A stretch of DNA of 64,000 bases from Octopus sinensis (lineage: Eukaryota): the NCBI RefSeq assembly GCF_006345805.1, contig NC_043005.1, forward strand, positions 74,524,001 through 74,588,000, in the 5' to 3' direction. Made by a program: the position numbers and the translations under genes. This document shows positions 48,101 to 58,358 of the stretch, piece after piece; positions within the stretch are counted from its first letter, which is position 1; each line of letters starts with the position of its first letter. The notes under the pieces were generated by a model. That model saw only the letters and a program-made list of their open reading frames with translations. It made no database searches and had not been told where the DNA came from.

Positions 48101-51100
48101 ACTCAGCATGCTAACAACAACAACAATAATAATAATCTTTTCTACAATAGGCATGATGACTGGAATTTGGGGGGAAGGAGGAAGTCAATTACCTCACCCC
48201 CAGCGTTTGACTAGTACATCTTTTATCAACCCTGAAAGAATAAAAAGCAAAGCTGACCTCAGCAGTATTTTAATAATAATAATAATTTCTACTAAAGGCA
48301 CAAAGCCTGACATTTTGGAAGTGGGGAGTGGGGATAATCGATCAGTACTTATTTTATCACTCCTAAAAAGAGGAAAAAAGTCAACCAGTGGAATTTGAAC
48401 TCAGAATGGTGTGCTAACTTAGCCTGGTGTGCTAACTACTCTGTCAGTTCACTGCCTTGATGATGATGATGATGATGATGGTGAAGATTCTTTCTACAAT
48501 AAGCACTAAGTGGGGATGGAGAAAATTGTAAGAACCTCAGACAGACTACCTTGTAGTATTTGTTCCAGTTCTATATATTCTGAGATCAACTCCCACCATG
48601 GACTACTCGAGTAGTAGGCGTCATCCATTTCCCCAGTTTGACCCTACTAACTGGGCAGGTGCTCCGGCAGATTGTTTAACTCTGTTGGACTGCATTCAAC
48701 ACTGTATCTGTAAATGCTATAAGTCCTGATCTATCTTCTAAATTGGATTAACTTTCTCATCGTCTTTGTGTGGCTTCCTGGTCTCTTTTCTATAAGTATT
48801 TCCATGGGCATTGTTCAGCTGAGCTCTCTTCTCTGGTTCCTCCTTTAAGAACTTATCAGCGATCAACTAGACTTGCATCCAGTTCTCATCAATATACTGT
48901 GCAACCTCCTAAGTGTCGTAAATCACAATACAGTACCAGTTTCTTCCCTTGCACCTCTGAACTTTGGAACTCCCTTCCACGGTCTTGTTTTCCTCTTCAA
49001 TATGACCTCCAGTTCTTTAAATCTTATGTTCTTTAAATCTTATGTACATCATCACCAATTGACTTCTGTCTCGCATCCATTTTATTTTAGTAGCTCTTAC
49101 ATTTTCAGTGGTCTAAGGACCTTGTAACAAGTGAATGCTTTAAAAAAAAAATGGTGTCTTTGGTGGAATCTACTCTGCTGCAAACATTTTGGCCAGATTT
49201 CTGGTTTCAGAATACCTTCCCCATCCCTTCCACTTGTCTGTACCCCCCATTGTAGATCTTGGGAACTGCCAGCTCTTCTTACTAATGATAAAATAAAAGT
49301 AAAAATCTGAAATAAATTTATACTTGATAACTTACAGGTGGGCAATTACAGCCTTCAATACATTCTTCTTCACATTTCTCTGGTTGAATTCCTCGACAAG
49401 TTTGGTCACAGTTATAACCACATTCCTGATAAATCATACCCTTTGTACAGTTGATGACTGAAAACCAAAATTAATACAGACATTCAAAATCTTATGAACA
49501 AAATCATGTGGTGATGAATATTTGCACTTACAAAGGGGCTCTGTCCTGTGTTATAAACCCCATTAGGTGGGTTAAATAATTTTGTAAGATGGGGAAATTT
49601 TGGAAATCATCTTTATTTAGTAACTAGTTATGTTGGTATTTTCATTAAAAGGTATTTTCATTAAAAGGTATTAAGAGGTATTTGAAATTTCACAGGGGGT
49701 GTTTCCCCACCCCCCTCTAAGCCCCCTAATCACAATGGAAAGTAAATTTTATGTAGCTCATCGTCTTTCTCGTAAATTTTCACATGAGAACACATACTTT
49801 GTTTTTATGTATCTTCTTATTTCTTTATTGCCCACAAGGGGCTAAACTTAGAGGGGACAAACAAGGACAGACAAAGGGATTAAGTTAATTAGATCGACCC
49901 CAGTGCATAACTGGTACTTAATTTATCGACCCCGAAAGGATGAAAGGCAAAGTCGACCTTGGCAGAATTTGAACTCAAAACGTAACGGCAGACAAAATAC
50001 CGCTAGGCATTTTGCCCGGCGTGCTAACGTTTCTGCCAGCTCGTTTTTATGTATCTTCTATTCCCTTTTGTCCTATAGATATACAGACACACAGACATTG
50101 AGCTTTATTATATAGCTATATAATTAAGGGTGCATAATAGCACCTATAATTGCTGGAAATAAGAGCTAAAAATTGTAACCCAAATAGCCACACAAAATCA
50201 TCACCCTTATGAGATGTTCAAAGGAACTGCCAGTGGCAAGCCACATTATTTCATTCTGCAAGTTTTATCTCGCTGGAGAAAGATGTTGTGGCTTGCTGCT
50301 CTCAGTCCCTTTGAACATCTCATGAGGTTGATGATTTTTTGTGGCTGTATGTAAAGTAGAGCTTAAGCCATCTGTGAGATGACTTCAGTGAGATGGTTGT
50401 ATATTTGTTTCCTTATTGCACACAGAAGGGGGCTAAACATAGAGGAGACTAACAAGGACAGACAAAGGGATTAAGTAGATTATATCAACGCCAGTGAGTA
50501 ACTGGTACTTATTCAATTAACCCTGAAAAGATGAAAAGCAAAGTCGACTTTGATGGAATTTGAACTCAGAACATAACAGCAGATGAAATACCCCTAAGCA
50601 TTTAGGCCAGCGTGCTAATGATTCAGCCAGCTTGCCACCCTGATGGTTATATATTAACCATCACCTGTCTTGTGTATCACATCTGATGCATACGATATAT
50701 TTCTCTGGTGTCCATGCATCATATGTGATACACATTCACAGTTTTTGCAACCAGCAGAGTAACTTGAGACTTATTGAAGGAAAGCTTTATATTACCCAGA
50801 ACATATGAGACAAGGGCCAACTAAATGTTGGCTGGCATTTTATACTACAGCTGCAAGTCAACCAATAACTTGTGAATGAAATTGGTAAAGAAAGGATGCT
50901 TTTAGCCCCAGGTCAATCCTGATCTAGCACAGCTTTGATCAAAAGCTTTCCAGTGCTTCTTTATGTGTGTTGTCAAATTTGAACCTTTTATATCTTGTAT
51001 TCTCATGGTTTCTTAGTAACCCTTCATTGAGATTCTAGTTTTTGTAGGGTTAAACTTGTTTAGGCAGCTCTTGGTTTCTTGGTTTATGGTGGTTTCATCA

Positions 51101-54100
51101 TTTATATCTTATCTTACTATACATTTATATTTTGTGATTGTCATTCGCTGGGATTCTAATTATGGTAAGGTTATACTTCTCCAGGGACTTAGAGTTTACA
51201 GAGTCTTTATTGCGTGTGTGTGTGTGTGTGTGTGTGTATGTTCTTTTGTGTGTCTTTGTCTGTGTGTATGCATGCTTGTGTGTGCTTGTGTATGTTTGTG
51301 TGTGTGTGTATGTGCATGTTTGTGTGTATGTGCTTTTGTGTGTGCGTGTGTGTGTGTGCTTTTGTGTGCGTGTATGTGTGTGTGCTTTTGTGTGTGCATG
51401 CTTGTGTGTGCTTGTGTATGTTTGTGTATGTGTGTGGGCTTGTGCATGTTTGTGTGTGCTTGTGTGAGTTTGTGTGTGTGTATGCTTTTGTGTGCACGTG
51501 TGTGTGTGTTCTTTTGTGTGCATGCTTGTGTGTGTGTGTGTGTGCTTTTGTGTGTGCATGCTTGTGTGTGCTTGTGTATGTGTGTGTGTGTGTGCATGTG
51601 CTTGTGTATGTGTGTGTGCTTGTGTATGTTTGTGTGTGTGTATGTTTGTGTACTTGTGTATGTTTGTGTGTGTGTATGTTTGTGTGCTTGTGTATGTTTG
51701 TGTGTGTGTGTGTGTGCTTGTGTATGTTTGTGTGTGTATGAATGTGTGCATATGCATGCATACTTGTGTGTGCTTGTGTATGTTTGTGTATGTGTGTGTG
51801 CTTGTGTATGTGTGTGTGTGTGTGTGTGTGTGCATGTGCTTGTGTATGTTTGTGTGTACGTGCTTGAGTATGAATGCCTGAGTGAGTTCAGATTTTTTCT
51901 GATGTTCTAATGATGATCCCATACATCTAATGATGATCAATGCAAAAAGGGAGCCAACCATCCCCTGTGAACAAGTATGGTGTCATGTTTTCTCTAATTC
52001 TTTTAGGAGCCTATGCGAGCAGACATAGACACGTTCTTGACTCCCTCACCCTTGGACCCTACAGCACATCTAGGAGTTTACAGCCAGAAGGAGAGGGAGC
52101 TGCACCAGCACTAAGATGGCACTCCATCAATTACAATGATGAGGGTTCCAATAGATATGATCAGCAGAGTAGCCTGCTCATAAAATTAACGTGCATGTGG
52201 CTGAGCACTCCACAGACACATGTACCTATTTCTTTACTACCCACAAGGGGCTAAACACAGAGGAGATGAATAAGAACAGACAGACGGATTAAGTCGATTA
52301 TATCGACCCCAGTGCATAACTGGTACTTAATTTATCGACCCCGAAAGGATGAAAGGCAAAGTCGACCTCGGCGGAATTGGAACTCTGAACGTAATGGCAG
52401 TCGAAATACTGCTAAGTATTTTGCCTGACGTGCTAACGTTTCTGCCAGCTCGCCGCCTTTATGCCAGCTCACCACAGGCACATGTACCCTTAATGTAGTT
52501 CTCAAGGAGATTCAGTGTGACATAGGATGTGACAAGGCTGGACCTTTGAATTACAGGTACTACTCATTTTGGCCAGCTGAGTGGACAGGAGAAATTTGAA
52601 ATAAAGTACCTTGCCCCAGGACACAACATGCCACCAGGAATTGAACTCATGCCTTTACGATCATCAACCAAATACCCTAACCACTAAGTCACACACCTTC
52701 AGTCAGTACTCTTCTTGCAGATGAGTTGACAGGAGCAATATAAAAATGAAGTGTCTTGCTTAAGAACAGAATATGCTACCCAGTCCAGGATTTGAACTCA
52801 TGACATTATAAAAGTTAGCCAAACATCCTAACCATTAGGCCATGTGCCTTCCAAATGCTTAATGTAAACAATAATGAAAATAAAGGTTGTTACTTACAAC
52901 AAAGGTTGCTTTGTCTCCAGTTCAATGTGATGCCCTTCAAGACACAGGCTCGTGCATAAGTGGCAAAAGCTGCACATTCACAATCTCTGGGATCTCCATG
53001 ACGCTGACCACACATGCAGACATCATGTTTGCATTGGTCAACAAATTTACCAGGGTTCACAGCAAAGTGGCAAGATTTAAAGGATTCTGAAAATAATAAA
53101 AAAAATTAAAATTTCATAATTAAAATGAAAATTTCTAACCACAAAATAAAAAAAAAATTGAAAATATTCAATCAGCAATTTGTTACTATTTCATAATTTA
53201 ATAAATATTTATTTTTAATTTTACTTTTCAAGATTTCTTCCAAAGTGCTGGGGTACAGCCTTGAAGACTTTTACATCTAAGGACAAAAGGTGTTTTTATT
53301 TGATGGAATATTTCAAGGAAACATTCGTACCTTCTTTCCACATTTTGTTACAGACTTCTGTAGCCAGTTTCTCGTACTGTTTACTTAGAGCACAAGCTCC
53401 AAGGTAAATAGTTGAAGGACGACTATTGCAAGCTGTGTTAGTTTTCCATTCCATAGCAAACTTTGTCACATTAAACTCGTTTTCTCCATTAGGAGTCAAG
53501 TTATCATCATTAACATCATTATTGAAATTACCGCACATTCCAGTAACCTACAGCAAGAGAAACGTTTGAAATGATGAAATATCATAGTAAAAGCAGGCAA
53601 AAATTAATAAATTCTTTGACAACTTCTTATTCAACCAATTTCTTATTATCTACTCTCAGGAGCTGCTTCATGTTCTAGATTTTAGTGATAGATTCACCAT
53701 AGTGCCCAATATGAGCATTTTATTGTTCAGCAGCATGGAAAACAGATGTTAAATGATGACGATGATGATGATGATGAGTTCCAGGAAACATAAATAACCT
53801 ACACAAAATTGTGTCCAAATCAGAATAATATAATGTGACAAGATCAAAACTTTAAATTATGTATAAAAATCCACAGAGAAAGAAGTGATCAAGTACTTTA
53901 TTTATTGAATTACAGCGATGTACTTGCATAGCAGTGACCTAATCTGAGATCGTGTGCTGGAACAAAAACAATTGCAGCATGGAAGGTGTTTATAAGCCAT
54001 TTAAGAAACACACAAAAACCGTTAGATTTACTTCAACATTTAAATTTAATTTGCCAAAATATTTTTGTCGCTTTGAGACTGCAACCTGTTCATCAACAAA

Positions 54101-55289
54101 ATTCCGATGCCGCATGGAATTTTGTCAATGAACAGGTCGCGGTCTCAAAAGCGATGAAAATATTTTGGCAAATTAAATTTAAATGTTGAAGTGAATCTAA
54201 TGGTTTTTGTGTGTTTCTTAAATGGCTTATAAACACTTTCCACGCTGCAATTGTTTATTTATCGACTCCACCAAAAAATGAAAGGCAAAGTTGACCTCAG
54301 CTGGATTTGAACTCAGAATGCAGAGAATTAGAATGTAAACTAATCATCATCATCAACATCACTACCACACCATTATCAACAGCAGCATCAGAGTTAACGT
54401 TTTACTTATTAAATACCATCTGTGAATTATATTTATGTCATCTAGGTACTGTCAGTTACTCAGAAAATATTAGGTACTACCTGACTATTATTTGCATTGT
54501 CATAAAACATTAGATATGACCTGCCAATTACATACGGTGTCATTAGGGTATTTGATACTACCTATCAATTACATGTAATGTTAACTAACTCTAATTAGTT
54601 AGGCACTAACTCTCAACTGCATAAGATGTCATTAAGATATCGGGTTTACATATCACGCCAATTATATATATATAATGTTATTAATATATTAACATATTAC
54701 TAGTCTAATACATAAGGTGCCATTAATATATTAGAATCTATCTGTCGTATAATGTCCAAATAGTTAATTTATTTAAACTTATATAAAGAATGTAAAAGAA
54801 CTTTTAAAATTAGCTGAAAAATTATCAGAAAATTTTATTTTTTTAATTCAATTATTATAACACAAGTAGACAAGAGGAGTATTATTTCTTTACAGAGCCT
54901 TCAAGACTGGTGAGGAAAGAACAGAAGAAACCATGAGTCATGGGTTATACTCAGACCAGAAATATGTTCTGAATTCCTGCTAGAGAGAAGGCCCTGCTAA
55001 ATATACACAAAGTCCTAGTAGTAATTGTTAAACCAATCTATAGATTATGTTGATCCACCAGTCAAGAACAAGTAGAAGCCATCCAACTGGCTTCCACCTA
55101 ATTTGTAAGTACACAATTTGATTGAATATGGTAAAAGACTATTGGCCCAATGTGTCACATTCTAGGATCACAAGATTGTGAAGTTGTATGGAAGTACAAG
55201 GTTTTAGATGATTTTAAAGGTACAGAGAGTATATTGCACATATTTTCATCTGTATTTTCCTTTTGCTTGCAAGTTTTCTAAGACATACA

Positions 55290-55320
<31 letters not shown>

Positions 55321-55590
55321 CATCTTCATCATCATCGTTTAACGTCCACTTTCCATAGTAGCATGGGTTGGACGATTTGACTGAGGGCTGGCAAACCAGA
55401 TGGCTGTACCAAGCTCCAATCTTGATCTGGCAGAGTTTCTACAGCTGGATGCCCTTCCTAATGCCAACCACTCCGAGAGTATAGGGGGTGTTTTTACATG
55501 CCACTGGCATGAGGGCCTGTCAGGTGGTACTGGCAACAGCCACGCCCAAATGTCTTTGTTTTATATACCACCTGCACACCGGCACAGATG

Positions 55591-55626
<36 letters not shown>

Positions 55627-58358
55627 AATTTTTATTACCTTTCCTTGATATTTGTTGCTAAGTTTCAAATAAATTCTTGTACGTCCATCCCAGAGAACAT
55701 CAAGACCAATGCTGGCAGTCAGTCGAATCAGGATATTGGATACTTTACGAATGACAACATCATCATCTTTGTAAGGTAAACCAATCGACATGGAATTTAC
55801 TTCAACTTTGAAACTGCGTAGTCTGAAATTTTAAAAATGAAAACATATTACACAGTAAAGTTTTTCAAAGAGTTTAAATTAAATATTTTCCCAGTGGTTT
55901 TGCTTGTTTGCCTTTTATTTCTACTTTGGCTATTTTGTGAAATATGCAGCACAGAATTTTGTCAGTGAACAGGTCGTGGTCTCAAAGTGACGAAAATATT
56001 TTGGCAAATTAATTTTAAATGTTGAAGTGAATCTAACAGTTTTTGTGTTTCTTAAATGGATTATAAACACCTTCCACGCTGCAATGGTTTCAATGTATTG
56101 TTTTAAATGTTATTATTAACTTTTAGATAGTTCTTAGTTATTACAAAATCAAAGACATTTTAACTGACAAACTACTAGCACCAGGCAATGATAGCCAGAA
56201 CAACTGGCCTATATAGATAGAGATGCATAAAATTATATCTATAAACTTGAAACCTTTATATACTGACCAACAACCTCACCTCAAACTTGTTGCAGTGGAA
56301 CCATGTCAATGACCAGAGTGCAGTTGGTGCAATGAAAATGTTTAAGTCTTTAACTGTGAGATTAAATTTCATGGTCATTCCAGTAAATATGTTAAACATC
56401 TACCAAAAAGTAGAACTGGTATTTCTGCAAATCAAGTTGCCTCAATAAACTTGATATTTTATTTTCTCATCTAGTTTCAGCTCACGAGCTGTGGCCATGC
56501 TGGGGCACTGCCATTCAGTGTTGCTACATGATTTTACTTCACGAATGCTTTTTAGCAATTGACATTTGGAGTATGAGAGAGTTTGATGCAGCTGCTCTCA
56601 TCTGCACCTCCTGCCGTGAAGTTGGTTCATCTGGGACACCTGACAGGAAGAGGTCCAGCTTTATTTTGAAGACATCTGCATCCACCCCATGCCATGCTGG
56701 TCTCTCAAGTCCTTCGGGAGGATATTGAAGATATCAATAAAAAATAGTTTCAAAGATGACATTCTCGGGAAGACATTGAGGATATCAATAAAAAATAGTT
56801 TCAAACATGACATTTCTCAACTAGATAAATTTATATATAAATTGCTTACCACTTTTAAAGGTAATGAAATTTTGAGTGGATATACCTATGAATTTTTGCA
56901 GTGAAAGGATTAAGTGAAGTTAACAGTCTGTGTTTTTGAATGGCTAATTCTTACATTGTAATTCTTACAGTTTTCAACAGATGGTTGCAGATGAAATCAC
57001 TTGCCAGACATCTCAAAACTCTTAGTGTAGAATACTGATGCAATATTTATCAAATAGTGTATTAATCACACATGTAATTACTGTTTGATTTCTTATTTCT
57101 AACAAAAAATTGAGCGAGAGTCAAGGACCAAAGCAAAAACTACAGGTTTCCACACTGGTAGCAATCAACTGATTTTGTGAAGAGGTGATGTATGTTGTTG
57201 TTGTTAAGCCCAAGTCAGTGATAATTAAGTAGACCTTTGATCAAAGATGTTCTAGCCTTGATCACCCTGTCTTTTTTGTATGTCCAGTACATTATCCAGT
57301 ATGTCCTTACCTTTTTTGCAATGGTAGTATGTGATCTGAAGGAGATGTGTGATCTGAATTCTATTTCAAGCAGATAAGTAACCACACAAAGGCTTCCCTT
57401 GTCTTCTATGATTATATATGAGTGTGTGTGTTTATGTTTGGATAGGCACATATCAGAATGTATCTGTACATATACATGCAAGCAAGCATGTGTATGTAAG
57501 TTTGTTTCTAATATGGTATGTTCATATTATTGCTGTATCAAAAATACTCTAAGTACAAAGTATTCAGAAAGTCACTATGCACTGATATATACATACATAC
57601 ACACACATACATGTGTGTTTGTGTGTGTGTGTGTATCATCATCATCATCATTTAACACACACACACACATTAGTATTAGACTGTGAGAATGAGTGTTCAA
57701 CACTGTATTGGTGGATAAATATTCTTTATTTGTGGATTAACAAGGCAGCCAATGGTTTCATGCTATAAAGATCTCCACAATTATTCAAGCAAACCATTTG
57801 GGTAAGTTGCTACTCAATTTTGATGAGAATATGCATATGCGTGTGCATGAGTGTGTGTGTGGGGGTGGGGGTGCATGTATGTATGTACGTATATATGTGT
57901 ATATATGTATGTATATGTACAGGGACTTTCCAAACACTGTACAATAAAATTAATTTAAATCAAATGATTCAAAACCAAGCCAACTTATGTAAATTATATA
58001 ATTCATTACCAAACATGATAAATTATGCATCATTTATCTATTTATTTTTTCTTGTTTTTCTTCATTTTAAACTACTTACCGAATAATTTGAGTATTGTTC
58101 TTTGATCCAAATTTAATTGTGACAACTTTGGTGCAGACAGCATCAGTGATTTTATTACAATATTTGTTCTCAATCCAAACTGCAAAACTCTCACCACCAT
58201 CTTTGGCCTGGTACTGAGACAGTACATATTCACATTCTCCTTCAAAGAAGAACTGTCTGCCATCAAAAGTCTGAAAGTGAGGATCACCAGACAAGGTACA
58301 TATTCCTGGACAATCTTTGCTCATGATACAATTCCAACGACCTCCTTCTGCACAAGTA
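33582..58358 (-). CDS. Gel-forming mucin / von Willebrand factor / hemocytin-family protein, partial (E-VWD-C8-TIL-E-TIL-E-VWD-C8), 12 exons
   Basis: Exons join into 751 codons with consistent phases. Two GDPH(F/Y)xTFDG VWD starts, CGLCGNYD and GMCGNFN motifs, C8 motif DSCSCDRGGDCQCFCTAVAAYA, TIL cysteine patterns. Confidence 0.92.
34553..34783 (-). mobile_element. SINE family C nested in a family A copy
   Basis: Splits the tttcagtttc motif of the host SINE, which resumes after the insertion. Confidence 0.85.
35628..35960. mobile_element. Tc1/mariner-superfamily MITE (degenerate)
   Basis: Imperfect TIRs cactatatttgatggtctataaagcacacc / ggtgcatcttataggccatcaaatatggtg in a TA context. Confidence 0.6.
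36454..36764 (-). CDS. Mucin/VWF-like exon: VWD end with CGLCGNYD and C8 start
   Basis: atttcag|GC acceptor, TCG|gtaagt donor, 311 nt, phase 1-0. Confidence 0.93.
37289..37466. repeat. Palindromic element (arms about 85 bp) followed by a shared ~120-bp flank; related shorter copy at about 43160-43390
   Basis: Centre ggatattaattaatatcc; arms atgagataaaaaaccaaggctgtatagat / atctatacagccttgggtttttatctaat; the downstream flank also follows the 43.2-kb palindrome. Confidence 0.75.
38118..38444 (-). CDS. Mucin/VWF-like exon: D3-type VWD start (ATCEAFGDPHYVTFDG...TENVPCGTLGYSCTKSVK...)
   Basis: attacag|CC acceptor, G|gtatgt donor, 327 nt, phase 1-1. Confidence 0.93.
39520..39566 (-). CDS. Mucin/VWF-like 47-nt exon: E' module (YCKHGTWKCTERHCA)
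   Basis: ctttcag|C acceptor, CAG|gtaata donor, phase 2-1. Confidence 0.88.
41381..41790 (+). mobile_element. SINE family A, full length
   Basis: Same head, body and tail as 2501-2899. Confidence 0.9.
42251..42642 (+). mobile_element. Non-autonomous Helitron, second subfamily
   Basis: TCTATATATATATAAAGCTG start; cctgagcaacgccagg hairpin; degenerate CTAA end. Confidence 0.75.
42702..42942 (-). CDS. Mucin/VWF-like exon: TIL' and E' (NDLCSGDMVWSNCSDCIRTC...KIKKDCNQC)
   Basis: tttctag|TT acceptor, TG|gttagt donor, 241 nt, phase 1-2. Confidence 0.9.
43548..43887. mobile_element. hAT-type MITE
   Basis: TIRs tagtgtttctcaacc / ggttaagaaatgctg with a perfect 8-bp TSD atctaaag on both sides. Confidence 0.85.
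44531..45086. repeat. About 556-bp element bounded by (TAA)n arrays on both sides; probable non-autonomous retroposon
   Basis: (TAA)n at about 44481-44530 and 45087-45118; GC-richer than the flanks; no credible ORF. Confidence 0.45.
45120..45395 (-). mobile_element. CR1-group LINE 3' fragment ending in an (ATT)n tail
   Basis: The - strand reads FRKHFFTLRVAEAWNKL.ASVV...TASFETS then stop, followed by a 3' UTR and the TAA array at 45087-45118. Confidence 0.7.
45775..45821 (-). CDS. Mucin/VWF-like 47-nt exon: E module (ICIDGHWQCTTESCN)
   Basis: tttctag|T acceptor, G|gtttgt donor, phase 2-1; needed to bridge the phases of the flanking exons. Confidence 0.85.
47450..47565 (-). CDS. Mucin/VWF-like exon: TIL end and E start (GEKYDEEDNVCVPVEECKCYY...ELCNEC)
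   Basis: tttacag|GGA acceptor, TG|gtacgt donor, 116 nt, phase 0-2. Confidence 0.9.
48620..49075 (+). mobile_element. CR1/L2-group LINE 3' fragment
   Basis: VASWSLFYKYFHGHCSAELSSLVPP...SFFPCTSELWNSLP...DLQFFKS, typical of a LINE ORF2 C-terminus. Confidence 0.75.
49336..49457 (-). CDS. Mucin/VWF-like exon: TIL (INCTKGMIYQECGYNCDQTC...CIEGCNCPP)
   Basis: ttttcag|TC acceptor, CCT|gtaagt donor, 122 nt, phase 1-0. Confidence 0.92.
49818..50042 (-). mobile_element. SINE family C with 17-bp TSD
   Basis: TSD gtttttatgtatcttct at 49801-49817 and 50043-50059. Confidence 0.9.
51211..51880. repeat. Compound TG-rich microsatellite/minisatellite (~670 bp)
   Basis: (TG)n interspersed with CTT, ATG and TTT variants; it produces stop-free ORFs on both strands. 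Confidence 0.97.
52227..52460 (-). mobile_element. SINE family C (others at about 39050-39440, 47800-48110, 50410-50640, all -)
   Basis: Same consensus; imperfect TSD cacag(a/g)cacatgtacc. Confidence 0.85.
52898..53086 (-). CDS. Mucin/VWF-like exon: C8 (SFKSCHFAVNPGKFVDQCKHDVCMC...CECAAFATYARAC...NWRQSNLC)
   Basis: ttttcag|AA acceptor, T|gtaagt donor, 189 nt, phase 1-1; the reading frame is not in the ORF track. Confidence 0.92.
53331..53547 (-). CDS. Mucin/VWF-like exon: VWD end and C8 start (VTGMCGNFNNDVNDD...)
   Basis: gctgtag|GTT acceptor, G|gtacga donor, 217 nt, phase 0-1. Confidence 0.9.
53964..54256. repeat. Foldback palindrome / MITE with arms of about 140 bp; a single-arm copy lies at about 55945-56090
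   Basis: The arms are near-perfect reverse complements centred near 54110. Confidence 0.85.
55639..55822 (-). CDS. Mucin/VWF-like exon: VWD middle (LRSFKVEVNS...GLDVLWDGRTRIYLKLSNKYQGK)
   Basis: atttcag|A acceptor, AAG|gtaata donor, 184 nt, phase 2-0. Confidence 0.9.
56460..56720 (-). mobile_element. LINE 3' end whose tail resembles the family A SINE tail
   Basis: The - strand reads PPEGLERPAWHGVDADVFKIKLDLFLSGVPDEP...RAAASNSL, then ggcagtgccccagcatggccacag...gctgaaac. Confidence 0.7.
58080..58358 (-). CDS. Mucin/VWF-like exon: end of E module and start of VWD (TCAEGGRWNC...GDPHFQTFDG...)
   Basis: ttttcag|T acceptor, CG|gtaagt donor, 279 nt, phase 2-2. Confidence 0.92.

Noticed and set aside
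51056-51961. Long ORFs (up to 284 aa) on both strands
   Set aside because: They come from a TG/CA repeat that cannot encode stops; the products are CV/HT low-complexity strings
56719-56822. Two-copy ~57-bp direct repeat
   Set aside because: Only two units, with no spacers or associated genes; an ordinary local duplication, not a CRISPR-like array
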